50,147 bases of DNA from the NCBI GenBank assembly GCA_937889655.1, contig CALBZG010000119.1:1-50147 (forward strand), given 5' to 3'. The notes under the pieces are model-generated. The model searched no databases and was not told the DNA's origin. It saw only the letters and a program-made list of their open reading frames with translations. Position numbers and translations under genes: made by a program. Below, piece after piece: positions 27,437-36,424 of this stretch (position 1 is the stretch's first letter; every line of letters begins with the position of its first letter). This DNA comes from an uncultured Clostridia bacterium. GTDB lineage: Bacteria > Bacillota > Clostridia > Peptostreptococcales > Anaerovoracaceae.

Positions 27437-27665
27437 GACGTTTGTTGTGGATAGAGTACAACAATATCGCGATTTATTTGTGTATAAAGCCAAGCAATCG
27501 TTGTGAAAATAGAAACAACTATTGACATCATAAAATATAGCGTATAATATATATAAATTAAATATAATATAAATCATAAATACAGCTCAATACTTGTGGC
27601 AATGTGTAAAATAATCTAAAAAAAAACATATACAAGATATAAAACCATCAAAAAAGGGGATTATC

Positions 27666-28157
27666 ATGAATACAACGGAATTTAAATACATGCTTTGGGA
27701 GAATACCAGGAAAATAAACGAAGAAATGAATGCCGCACTCAACACCTGGGGCTCCAAATATGAGCTTTCAGCGTTACAGCTTAGGATATTGATGGGTGTT
27801 TATAAAAACGGACCGCAATCGGTGGGATGTCTGGCCAACAATGTTGCCGTTGCCGGCACAAACATTTCCACGATGTGCAAAAAACTGGAGAAGCTTGGTC
27901 TGCTTGCCAGGGCAAGAGATGCTGCAGATGAGAGGATCGTTCACGTCCAACTCACGGAAGCAGGACTTGTTGTCATTAAGGAGCTTGATCAATGCTTCGA
28001 AAGAAAGATGCTTTCCGTCCTGGGCGAAGATATCAGCGGAGAGCTCCAGTCGATCATCATCGCTATGGAAAAATTAAATCGACTATTTTCTTGCCTTGAT
28101 GGGTTGAGAATAGAACAGGAAAACCAAGCGGAGGAAAAGATGGACAACAATATTTAG
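27666..28157 (+). CDS. MarR-family transcriptional regulator
   Basis: LSALQLRILMGVY...VGCLANNVAVAGTNISTMCKKLEKLGLLARARDAADERIVHVQLTEAG winged helix. Confidence 0.85.
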   Translation: MNTTEFKYMLWENTRKINEEMNAALNTWGSKYELSALQLRILMGVYKNGPQSVGCLANNVAVAGTNISTMCKKLEKLGLLARARDAADERIVHVQLTEAGLVVIKELDQCFERKMLSVLGEDISGELQSIIIAMEKLNRLFSCLDGLRIEQENQAEEKMDNNI

Positions 28158-28259
28158 AGCAGCAACTTGAGCTAATTCAACAAACCAACTAAACAACTGA
28201 TCAACAACTAAAATAAAACAGATCGATCCAAATCAGATATCAATTAAAAAGGGGTAAAC

Positions 28260-30173
28260 ATGAATAATATTAAAGTGCCGAACAGGCCCAAAAAATCCAT
28301 CATATACTATTACGTGATCATCATGGTCGTGCTGCTTTTGATCAATGCGCTGGTATTGCCGGGCTTAAACGGTGAAGCCGTTGCAAAAGTTGATTACGGC
28401 ACATTTTTGGATCAAGTGAATAATGGAAATGTGGACACGGTAGAAATATCGGACAAGCAAATAGGTTATACGCTAAAGGGAAAAGATGGAACCAATAAGA
28501 TCTATATCACCGGGGTTATGGAAGACCCGGGGTTAGTGGACCGTCTTTATGACGCCAATGTAAAATTCACAAAAGTAATACCCGCAGAGGCCCCGATCCT
28601 TTTAAGCTTCATCCTTTCCTGGATCCTGCCTCTGGTGATTTTCATTGTGCTGGGGCGGATGCTGAGCAGGAAGCTTCAAGGAGGCATGGGCAATGCCATG
28701 TCCTTCGGAAAAAGCAATGCCAAGGTTTATGTCGAAGCACAGACCGGCAAATCCTTTGCCGACGTCGCCGGACAGGAAGAAGCCAAGGAAGCTTTGAAGG
28801 AAGTTGCGGATTTCCTCGAGAACCCTGCGAAATATAAAGACATCGGTGCGAATATACCGAAGGGGGTCCTGCTGGTAGGCCCTCCGGGAACCGGAAAAAC
28901 TTTGCTGGCAAAGGCGGTGGCAGGAGAGTCAAAAGTACCGTTCTTCTCCATTTCCGGCTCGGAATTTGTTGAAATGTTCGTGGGTATGGGTGCTGCAAGA
29001 GTCAGAGATCTTTTTAAACAAGCCCAGGAGAAAGCACCATGCATCGTATTTATCGATGAGATCGATGCCATCGGTAAAAGCCGCAATTCGGGTCCGATGG
29101 GCGGCAATGATGAAAGAGAACAAACTTTGAACCAGCTCCTTACTGAAATGGATGGATTCTCAGCTGACAAAGGAGTTGTAATATTAGCTGCCACCAACAG
29201 ACCTGAAACCTTGGATAAAGCATTGCTCCGTCCAGGGAGATTCGATAGAAGAGTCCATTTGGAATTACCGGATCTTCAGGGTAGGGAAGCGATCCTGAAA
29301 GTGCACGCGAAGGGCGTGAAGCAGGAGGAGAATATCGATTACAATGTGATCGCCCGGGCCACGTCCGGGGCATCCGGAGCCGACCTGGCGAATATCATCA
29401 ACGAAGCCGCCATCAGAGCAGTTACGCTGGGCCTAAAAGCAATCAGCCAAAGCGATCTTGAAGAGTCTGTGGAAGTGGTCATTGCAGGATATCAGCGCAA
29501 AAATGCTGTGATCAACCAAAAAGACAAGAAGACCATCGCGTACCATGAAATAGGCCATGCACTGGTAGCGGCAAAGCAAAGCCATTCTGCGCCTGTCCAT
29601 AAGATTACCATTATTCCCAGGACTTCAGGAGCCCTCGGCTACACGATGCAGGTGGATGAAGAAGAGCAGGTCCTTTTGAGCAAGGAGCAGGCATTGGATA
29701 AAGTCGCTACTTATATGGGTGGAAGGGCTGCGGAGGAATTGGTGTTCAATACTGTTACCAGTGGAGCTTCCAACGACATTATCCAGGCAACGAAAATCGC
29801 CAGGGCAATGGTTACAAGATTTGGAATGAGTGAAGAATTCGGCATGATGGCACTGGAGACTGTGAACAATCCATACTTGGGCGAGGACACTTCTATACTG
29901 GTATCCCCAGATACTGCAACGAAGATCGATACGGAGGTCCTGGGTATCATAAAATCCTGTTATGCCAGAGCCCGCAGTCTACTGGAAGAAAACAGGGAAA
30001 AGCTCGATGAGCTTGCACAGGCCTTGCTGGAAAAAGAAACCATCACCGGTGAAGAGTTCATGAAGATTTTGAACGGAAAAGACGAAGCTCATGAAGACGA
30101 GAATGCTCCGAAAATGCAAGACAATCAGGACATAGAACAAATCCAAGAAAATCGCGAAAAATTGGCGGTATAA
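28260..30173 (+). CDS. ftsH: ATP-dependent zinc metalloprotease FtsH
   Basis: N-terminal TM helices, Walker A GPPGTGKT, Walker B IVFIDEIDA, SRH region, and zinc motif HEIGHA. Confidence 0.95.
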   Translation: MNNIKVPNRPKKSIIYYYVIIMVVLLLINALVLPGLNGEAVAKVDYGTFLDQVNNGNVDTVEISDKQIGYTLKGKDGTNKIYITGVMEDPGLVDRLYDANVKFTKVIPAEAPILLSFILSWILPLVIFIVLGRMLSRKLQGGMGNAMSFGKSNAKVYVEAQTGKSFADVAGQEEAKEALKEVADFLENPAKYKDIGANIPKGVLLVGPPGTGKTLLAKAVAGESKVPFFSISGSEFVEMFVGMGAARVRDLFKQAQEKAPCIVFIDEIDAIGKSRNSGPMGGNDEREQTLNQLLTEMDGFSADKGVVILAATNRPETLDKALLRPGRFDRRVHLELPDLQGREAILKVHAKGVKQEENIDYNVIARATSGASGADLANIINEAAIRAVTLGLKAISQSDLEESVEVVIAGYQRKNAVINQKDKKTIAYHEIGHALVAAKQSHSAPVHKITIIPRTSGALGYTMQVDEEEQVLLSKEQALDKVATYMGGRAAEELVFNTVTSGASNDIIQATKIARAMVTRFGMSEEFGMMALETVNNPYLGEDTSILVSPDTATKIDTEVLGIIKSCYARARSLLEENREKLDELAQALLEKETITGEEFMKILNGKDEAHEDENAPKMQDNQDIEQIQENREKLAV

Positions 30174-30192
30174 GAAAGGCAAATGACAAATT

Positions 30193-30227
30193 AAAAAAGA
30201 GCGGCAGATCATTTGCCGCTCTTTTTG
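30193..30227 (+). terminator. Intrinsic terminator after ftsH
   Basis: AGAGCGGCA-loop-TGCCGCTCT followed by TTTTG. Confidence 0.75.
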
Positions 30228-30542
30228 TTGGTGCTTCCGGACCGGGTGATCTGAGTTTTTGAATTCTGGTCAGCTTCGCTTCAGACAATTCCTGACTCCA
30301 GAATACTTCGCAACTCAGGATTTCGCCAAGGAATCTCAAAGGCATCATCATACGACCCGGCGGCACGATGCTTGGTTTGCCATAATGAAGCGATTTACAT
30401 AACGTGATGGAACTTCGCCTTTGCGAGCGTATCGATCGGCGGTTTCGACAATTTATTTTCTTTTTGCAAACATTTTGATAGAATAATAGAATAATAATAT
30501 AGTAAAGAAATAATATTTTGGGGGTTGCATGGGGATGAAAAT

Positions 30543-33080
30543 ATGAAGAAGAATACGGTCGGGATCCAAGGAATGACCTGTGCGGCATGCTCGGCGGCAG
30601 TTGAGCGGGCAGTAGTAAAAGTGCCCGGCGTTTTATCAGCATCTGTTAATCTGGCTACGGAAAAATTGAATGTGGAATTTGATGAAAATGTAACCGGTCT
30701 CGACAGAATTGCCAAGGCAGTGGAAAATGCCGGATATAAAGCCGTGCTGCCGGAGGATGACCAAAACGGAGGAGCTATTCTCGCTTATCCGGAAGATAAG
30801 GAATACAAGAAGAACAAAGAGAAAAACCTTTGGCGAAGATTTTTTTTCAGCGCCATTCTGACTTTGCCGCTTCTTTATATTGCGATGGGCTCTATGTTGG
30901 GGCTTCCGCTTCCAAGGTTTATGCAGCCGGAAGTTAATCCCGCAGCCTTGTCATTGTTGCAGCTGGCGCTTACAATACCAGTGGTGTTTATGGGATGGCA
31001 ATACTTTGTAAACGGCTTCAAAAACCTGTTTAGGCTTCATCCGAATATGGACTCTTTGATTGCCGTCGGTACCGGATCCGCATTTTTATACGGTTGTTAT
31101 GCAACAGCCAAGGTTTATGGAGGAGCGGAACATTATGTCCACTCCCTTTATTTCGAATCGGCAGCAGTCGTTCTGACGCTGGTGACCTTGGGTAAATTTT
31201 TGGAAGCAAGGGCCACGGGAAAAACTTCGGAAGCGATTAAGAAGCTGATGGATCTAACACCTAAGCAGGCTGTGATCTTTCGGGATGGCATCGAAACAGT
31301 GATCAGCGCGACCGAGGTCGTTCCCGGTGATATTGTTGTGGTAAGACCGGGAGAAAGCTTTCCGGTTGATGGTATTGTGACCCGGGGCATAACATCGGCA
31401 GATGAATCCATGATCACGGGAGAAAGCATCCCTGTTGAAAAGGAGCCCGGCGACAAAATTATCGGAGGCGCTATCAATAAAAACGGATTCATACAATTCA
31501 AGGCTACTCGGGTAGGCTCAGAAACCGTTCTGGCGCAGATCATCAGGCTGGTCGAAGAAGCTCAGGGGACTAAAGCGCCCATTGCGAAACTGGCGGACAT
31601 CATATCAGGATATTTCGTACCTGTTGTCATGGCTTTAGCTCTATGCTCGGCCCTTGGATGGTATTTCCTGGGAAGAGAATCATTGGAATTTGCTCTGACT
31701 ATTTTTGTTTCAGTGTTGGTCATTGCATGCCCTTGTGCACTGGGGCTGGCTACACCTACGGCGATTATGACAGCTACAGGCAGGGGTGCCGAGTTCGGGG
31801 TCCTGATTAAGGGAGGAGACGCCCTGGAAATGGCCCACAAAGTGGATGCCATGGTTCTGGACAAGACCGGAACAATTACAGCAGGCCGGCCTGTTGTGAC
31901 AGACGTTCTTCCCCTGGATCCATGGAAGATGCCTGAGCTGATCGCTTTGGCTGCATCGGCTGAAAAAGGTTCGGAGCATCCCCTCGGAGAAGCGATTGTA
32001 AAAAAGGCCGAAGAATGGATGCTGCCTATGCCGGAAACAACAGATTTTAAGGCTGCGCCCGGTCGGGGGATCGAAACGATTTATCAGGGAAAGAAACTTG
32101 TTTTAGGCAATCTTAAAATGCTGCAGGAGCAGGATATCCTTATCAATGATGATTTTGCAGAATACGATCGCCTGGCTGCGGAAGGTAAAAGTTTGATGTA
32201 TGTGGCTCTTGACGGGCGTCAAATAGGCCTCATCGCCGTGGCAGACACAGTGAAGAGCGATAGCAGGCAAGCTGTACAAAGACTCCGCGGCTTGGGGATA
32301 GAGGTAGTGCTCATGACGGGTGACCGTGCGGAAACAGCGGATGCAATCGCCCGTGAGACAGGAATCGATCGAGTTTTCAGCCAAATTCTGCCGGATCAGA
32401 AGGCGGCGCACGTAGAAATGCTGCAAAAGGAAGGGAAAATCGTAGCCATGGTTGGGGACGGCATCAACGATGCGCCGGCATTGGCACAGGCGGATATAGG
32501 ACTGGCTATAGGCGCCGGTACTGATATCGCAATAGAATCTGCAGATATCGTCCTGATGCACAGCAGGATCACAGATGTTTTAACAGCGTTGGAATTGAGC
32601 AGGGCAACGATCAGAAACATCAAACAGAATCTGTTTTGGGCTTTTGCATATAATACCATCGGGATCCCAATCGCCATGGGCGTTCTCTATCTTTTCGGCG
32701 GCCCTCTTTTAAGCCCGATGCTGGCTGGAGCAGCAATGAGCCTAAGCTCAGTTTCTGTTGTAACCAATGCTTTAAGACTTAAAAGGTTTGAGCCTTCGGT
32801 CCTTCCACCGGAAATCGTAACCAAGGAAGGGGAATCAAACATACAATCTAAGGAGGATAAAAAAGTGAAAAAGAAATTGATCGTTGAAGGCATGAGCTGT
32901 ATGCATTGCGTCAATCATGTCACAAAATATCTGGAGGAAATCTCTGGGGTTTCCAATATCAATATCGATCTGGAAAAGGGGACCGTTTTACTCGAAGCCG
33001 ATGAGGGGGTAAAAGATCAGGAGTTTACAGACAAGCTGAAGGATACAGGATACACCCTTGTAAAAGTCGAAAATCTTTGA
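30543..33080 (+). CDS. copA: Copper-translocating P1B-1 ATPase with N-terminal and C-terminal HMA domains
   Basis: N-terminal GMTCAACS HMA domain, CPC motif (ACPCALGLATP), DKTGTIT, GDGINDAP, and an additional C-terminal HMA domain (GMSCMHCVNHV). Start chosen at ATG 30543 (MKKNTVG). Confidence 0.9.
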   Translation: MKKNTVGIQGMTCAACSAAVERAVVKVPGVLSASVNLATEKLNVEFDENVTGLDRIAKAVENAGYKAVLPEDDQNGGAILAYPEDKEYKKNKEKNLWRRFFFSAILTLPLLYIAMGSMLGLPLPRFMQPEVNPAALSLLQLALTIPVVFMGWQYFVNGFKNLFRLHPNMDSLIAVGTGSAFLYGCYATAKVYGGAEHYVHSLYFESAAVVLTLVTLGKFLEARATGKTSEAIKKLMDLTPKQAVIFRDGIETVISATEVVPGDIVVVRPGESFPVDGIVTRGITSADESMITGESIPVEKEPGDKIIGGAINKNGFIQFKATRVGSETVLAQIIRLVEEAQGTKAPIAKLADIISGYFVPVVMALALCSALGWYFLGRESLEFALTIFVSVLVIACPCALGLATPTAIMTATGRGAEFGVLIKGGDALEMAHKVDAMVLDKTGTITAGRPVVTDVLPLDPWKMPELIALAASAEKGSEHPLGEAIVKKAEEWMLPMPETTDFKAAPGRGIETIYQGKKLVLGNLKMLQEQDILINDDFAEYDRLAAEGKSLMYVALDGRQIGLIAVADTVKSDSRQAVQRLRGLGIEVVLMTGDRAETADAIARETGIDRVFSQILPDQKAAHVEMLQKEGKIVAMVGDGINDAPALAQADIGLAIGAGTDIAIESADIVLMHSRITDVLTALELSRATIRNIKQNLFWAFAYNTIGIPIAMGVLYLFGGPLLSPMLAGAAMSLSSVSVVTNALRLKRFEPSVLPPEIVTKEGESNIQSKEDKKVKKKLIVEGMSCMHCVNHVTKYLEEISGVSNINIDLEKGTVLLEADEGVKDQEFTDKLKDTGYTLVKVENL

Positions 33081-33336
33081 TGTTGATCAAATTTTGATCA
33101 AAAGAGCCTAAAAACACAAAAAAAGTAAAAAAATTTTTAAAGATGCAAAAGAACAGTAACATTATATCATTGTTTAATCGACTATAATCTTATTAGCAGC
33201 AAATTAGTCATACTGAAAGAAAATTGCCTTAAATCTCTGTTGTGAACTATAAAAAACATTAATCCTTGAACGCGTTTTGAGCGTAAAAAAGGATAATGTT
33301 ATAAAAGTTCGAATATTACGCGTTTTTATGAACCAG

Positions 33337-33365
33337 TTTACAATTGGAATTGCAGGGTACATAAT
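33337..33365 (+). promoter_or_regulatory. Promoter-like element, copy 0 of a thrice-repeated TTTACA-N17-CATAAT module
   Basis: TTTACA (33337-33342), 17-nt spacer, CATAAT (33360-33365). The same hexamers and spacing occur at 33794 and 35772. Confidence 0.45.
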
Positions 33366-33400
33366 ACACATAGTGATTAGCTGATAGTTGCAGATCACCT

Positions 33401-33480
33401 AATAATTGCTTACTCTCCACTTATAAATATTTCTAAACGATAAAACCCGATGTAGTCTCAGCTGCATCGGGTTTTATTTT
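33401..33480 (+). repeat. Copy A of an ~80-nt conserved element ending in a terminator hairpin
   Basis: AATAATTGCTTACTCTCCACTTATAAATATTTC...ATAAAACCCGATG-TAGTCTCAGCTG-CATCGGGTTTTAT-TTT. Nearly identical to copy C (37875-37954). Confidence 0.65.
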
Positions 33481-33793
33481 ATCAACAAATAAAAAGTAAC
33501 TATCTTGCGATAAAGCGATGATATATGCGCTAAACATTCTCGCAGGGCAAACACCTGACATGCTAATAGATCATAGCGCTGAACCTTAATGCATATTAGC
33601 TTTTAGAGTTGTGCGTTCTTTATGACAAGTTCAAACAACCGCCGCAACGGCAAAAGGTTAAGGCATTATAAACCGTAAATAAAAATGACAATGCTCTGCC
33701 GAACCTTGTTGGCAGACACGAGTTAAAAGCCAATTTATAACATTATACGATAATATTATAAATAATTGAATATTATGTATTAATGTGAATTCA

Positions 33794-33822
33794 TTTACAA
33801 TAATATTTCGGGAGTACATAAT
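33794..33822 (+). promoter_or_regulatory. Promoter of APC permease 1 (copy 1 of the TTTACA-N17-CATAAT module)
   Basis: TTTACA (33794-33799), 17-nt spacer, CATAAT (33817-33822). Lies 70 nt upstream of the ATG. Confidence 0.5.
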
Positions 33823-33892
33823 GGTCTTGACAATGTGCGTAATGCGGCAATCATTTGCATTAAGCTGTAGAAAAGAAAGAGGAGGAGCGTAA

Positions 33893-35350
33893 ATGGAGAA
33901 GACAGTAAAGAAAAAAGGCATGAATCTATTTGACTTTTTTATGCTAGGATTCGGATCTATAGTCGGAGTTGGGTGGGCTGTAGCTATTAATGGCTGGATG
34001 GCGAAAGGCGGAGGGCCTTTTCCGGCTTTTATCGCATTTCTATTTGCTACCGTTATGATAATACCTATTGCTTTCTGTTATGCCGAGTTGACAAGCGCAA
34101 TGCCGGTAGCCGGGGGAGTTGTTGCTTTTGCATATAAAGCTTTTGGCACCTTCCCGTCATTTGTCGGTGGATGGTTCGTTGCATTGGCTTATGTTACGAT
34201 CATCCCTTGGGAAGCAATTTATATCAATGATGTAATGGCCTTGCTGTTCCCGGTGCTGAAAGCGGGTGAGCCTCTTTACATGGTTGCGGGAGTTGGCATC
34301 TATGGGAAAGGGCTTATTGTAGGCATCATATTATCACTGGCCATTATAATAATGAATTATAGGGGGATAGACCTCGCGTCAACGGTGCAGACAGTTTTAG
34401 GGATCATCCTGGTTGGAACAGGTTTCCTGGTTATAATATTTTCGCTCATCAAGATGGATCCGTCCAATCTTATGCCTATTTACGAAAATGTCGGAAAAGG
34501 AACTCACACAAGTATGTTTGGAGGAATCATCGCTGTTATGGCAATAGCGCCGTTTTTCCTGGCTGGTTTCGATACGATAACGCAAGGAGCAGAGGAAGGG
34601 AGCGAGGGACTGGATTTTAAGAGTCTTGGGAAAGTGCTGGTCATGGCGATCCTGAGTGCGGGTTTCTTCTATAGCATACTTCTCTTGGCAACTGGCATGG
34701 CAATGCCTTGGCAGAATTTTTATGGTTTACAGCCGCCGGCGGTATCGATCTTATTGCAGAACCTCTACGGTGGTGGAACATTTGGGTTCGTCCTGTACTG
34801 GGTCGTAATATTAGGAGCGTTGGCCGGGCTTTTCACCACTTGGAATGGATTCTATATTGCGTCAGCGCGTTTGCTTATGGGTATGGGAAGAGCCAGGCTG
34901 CTGCCGGCGTTCTTTGCGAAGGTCCATCCCAAATATGGAACACCTGTTGGAGCAAATACCTTTATAGCGATTTCATGCCTCATTGGACCGTTTGTAGGCA
35001 TGGGCGTCATTGATCCGCTCACCGTTGTCGGATCGACAGCCTTCTTGATAGGGTGGTTTATGACATCGATCTCCTGTATAAGACTAAGAAAAAGCCAGCC
35101 AGATATGCCAAGACCGTATAAAGTTCCGGGCGGAATGGTGCTTGTTTGGTTGGCGGCAGTTATATCTCTGATATTTATAGTAAGTACATTCCTGCCGTTA
35201 TCTCCGGGATTCATGGGTGCTTTGGGAATAAAAATCTTTGCAGTATGGTGTATCCTTGGCGGCATATTTTATTTCGGGACCAGCAAGTTCAGAAACCAGT
35301 TCTCAGAAGAAGAAAGAATCGCGTCTATATTCCAGAAGCTACACGATTAA
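33893..35350 (+). CDS. APC-superfamily amino acid permease (paralogue 1)
   Basis: About 12 TM segments with an N-terminal GFGSIVGVGWAV...AELTSAMPVAGG block. GAGGAGGAG RBS. Confidence 0.8.
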   Translation: MEKTVKKKGMNLFDFFMLGFGSIVGVGWAVAINGWMAKGGGPFPAFIAFLFATVMIIPIAFCYAELTSAMPVAGGVVAFAYKAFGTFPSFVGGWFVALAYVTIIPWEAIYINDVMALLFPVLKAGEPLYMVAGVGIYGKGLIVGIILSLAIIIMNYRGIDLASTVQTVLGIILVGTGFLVIIFSLIKMDPSNLMPIYENVGKGTHTSMFGGIIAVMAIAPFFLAGFDTITQGAEEGSEGLDFKSLGKVLVMAILSAGFFYSILLLATGMAMPWQNFYGLQPPAVSILLQNLYGGGTFGFVLYWVVILGALAGLFTTWNGFYIASARLLMGMGRARLLPAFFAKVHPKYGTPVGANTFIAISCLIGPFVGMGVIDPLTVVGSTAFLIGWFMTSISCIRLRKSQPDMPRPYKVPGGMVLVWLAAVISLIFIVSTFLPLSPGFMGALGIKIFAVWCILGGIFYFGTSKFRNQFSEEERIASIFQKLHD

Positions 35351-35354
35351 CTGG

Positions 35355-35422
35355 CTTGCTCAACACTGATAAATATTTCTGAACGGTAGAGCCTGGCGCG
35401 GTCGCAGCTGCACCGGGCTCTA
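35355..35422 (+). repeat. Copy B (diverged) of the conserved 3' element
   Basis: CTTGCTCAACACTGATAAATATTTCTGAACGG-TAGAGCCTGG...CAGCTG...CCGGGCTCTA. The hairpin is kept by compensatory changes. No T-run follows. Confidence 0.5.
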
Positions 35423-35736
35423 GTGCACGACAATCTGGAATGTAACAAATTTGCGGTAATAGGATATTATCTTCGTAAAATCTTAACCTATCTCAAATTT
35501 AGAACCCATTAAAAGTTTAATTAATAGAAAAATTCTGATTTTATTTTTACCAACTAAAACCTTGTTTTAAATAAGTAATTTAAAAAAAGTTTTTTTCAAG
35601 GCCAAGTTTCAATTAATATTACAATATCAACTAATACGTTCAGTAATTCATGCAATTCAATCAAGTTCATTTTAAAAGAACATTGATACAGGTATAGAGT
35701 TGTGGTCAAAAAAACAGCAGAAACATCTCTAACCCA

Positions 35737-35762
35737 CAATGTACAGAAAATTCTGTACATTG
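35737..35762. promoter_or_regulatory. Perfect 12-2-12 palindrome upstream of a promoter, candidate operator
   Basis: CAATGTACAGAA-AA-TTCTGTACATTG. It ends 9 nt upstream of the -35 box at 35772. It contains AATGTACAGAAAATT, a 13/15 match to the CodY box AATTTTCWGAAAATT. Confidence 0.5.
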
Positions 35763-35771
35763 GCAAAAGAG

Positions 35772-35800
35772 TTTACAATATTAGGAAAATGGATCATAAT
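35772..35800 (+). promoter_or_regulatory. Promoter (copy 2 of the TTTACA-N17-CATAAT module)
   Basis: TTTACA (35772-35777), 17-nt spacer, CATAAT (35795-35800). Confidence 0.5.
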
Positions 35801-35914
35801 TCAAGTAATTATGAGTTATTAATAGGTACACAAATCATAAAATCAGCAAAATAGTAACAGATGGATTTGATGAACTGAAATAATAAGGGTTGGAAAAGAT
35901 AGGAGAAATAGAAC

Positions 35915-36244
35915 ATGTCAGACTATACAGAATATTACCTCATGTTGCCGGTACTGCTTTGGATTTTAACTTATATCATGATAGCTATCGCAGATCGGGC
36001 GGTTAAGAAAAAATTCGGGAGCAAAAGCGAAGAATATGTCGATCTGCGATTTCCTAAGTTTGTGGCATTGTTCCTCGATTCGGCGGCAACGGTGGGATTG
36101 GTTGTATTTGTTAAGTTTGGCACAGTGACTCCTGAAATTTCAACCTATTTTGTTGTTCCATATTTTGGGGTCACCGCATTCTTCCTGACATCAGTCTTTC
36201 GGGTATTTAAAGACGCAAGGAGAGCGAACGGGAGCAAATGGTAA
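35915..36244 (+). CDS. Small hypothetical membrane protein (3 predicted TM helices)
   Basis: 109-aa ORF with an AGGAG RBS and hydrophobic segments. I recognise no family. Confidence 0.45.
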   Translation: MSDYTEYYLMLPVLLWILTYIMIAIADRAVKKKFGSKSEEYVDLRFPKFVALFLDSAATVGLVVFVKFGTVTPEISTYFVVPYFGVTAFFLTSVFRVFKDARRANGSKW

Positions 36245-36424
36245 GCATATAACCATGCTTGTCTATAACCTTCTTTTGAAAGGAGTGATGTGTATTAAAA
36301 ATTAATAAATAATACTAAGTCAGATCCAAAAGGGAGTCGTTTGGGGTATTGGGGATACAGTTACAACTGGAATTTTTTTAATCTTATTTACTTATCTTAA
36401 AAAGCAAGAAAAGGAGGATTAAAT

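Noticed and set aside
27443-27465. Inverted repeat TTGTTGT-N8-ACAACAA just upstream of the T-box promoter, a possible MarR operator
   Set aside because: The arms are only 7 bp in an AT-rich region, which could arise by chance, and no second copy was found.
27266-27577. 103-aa ORF on the minus strand
   Set aside because: It lies entirely within the T-box leader, its promoter and the AT-rich divergent intergenic region. The translation is low-complexity (Ile/Tyr/Asn/Phe-rich), and the RNA-element explanation accounts for the conservation-like structure.
30230-30520. About 290 bp of GC-normal non-coding DNA upstream of copA, checked in all six frames for csoR, copY, copZ or a gene remnant, and for CsoR (GC-rich pseudo-palindrome) or CopY (TACAnnTGTA) boxes
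   Set aside because: I found only short ORF fragments with no recognisable similarity, and no operator-like palindrome. A plausible promoter (TTGCAA-N17-TAGAAT) is the only feature, and it is too weakly supported to list.
30058-30715. Minus-strand ORFs of 194 aa and 106 aa across the ftsH 3' end, terminator and copA promoter
   Set aside because: They span an intrinsic terminator and a promoter and overlap two strongly supported plus-strand genes. No family resemblance.
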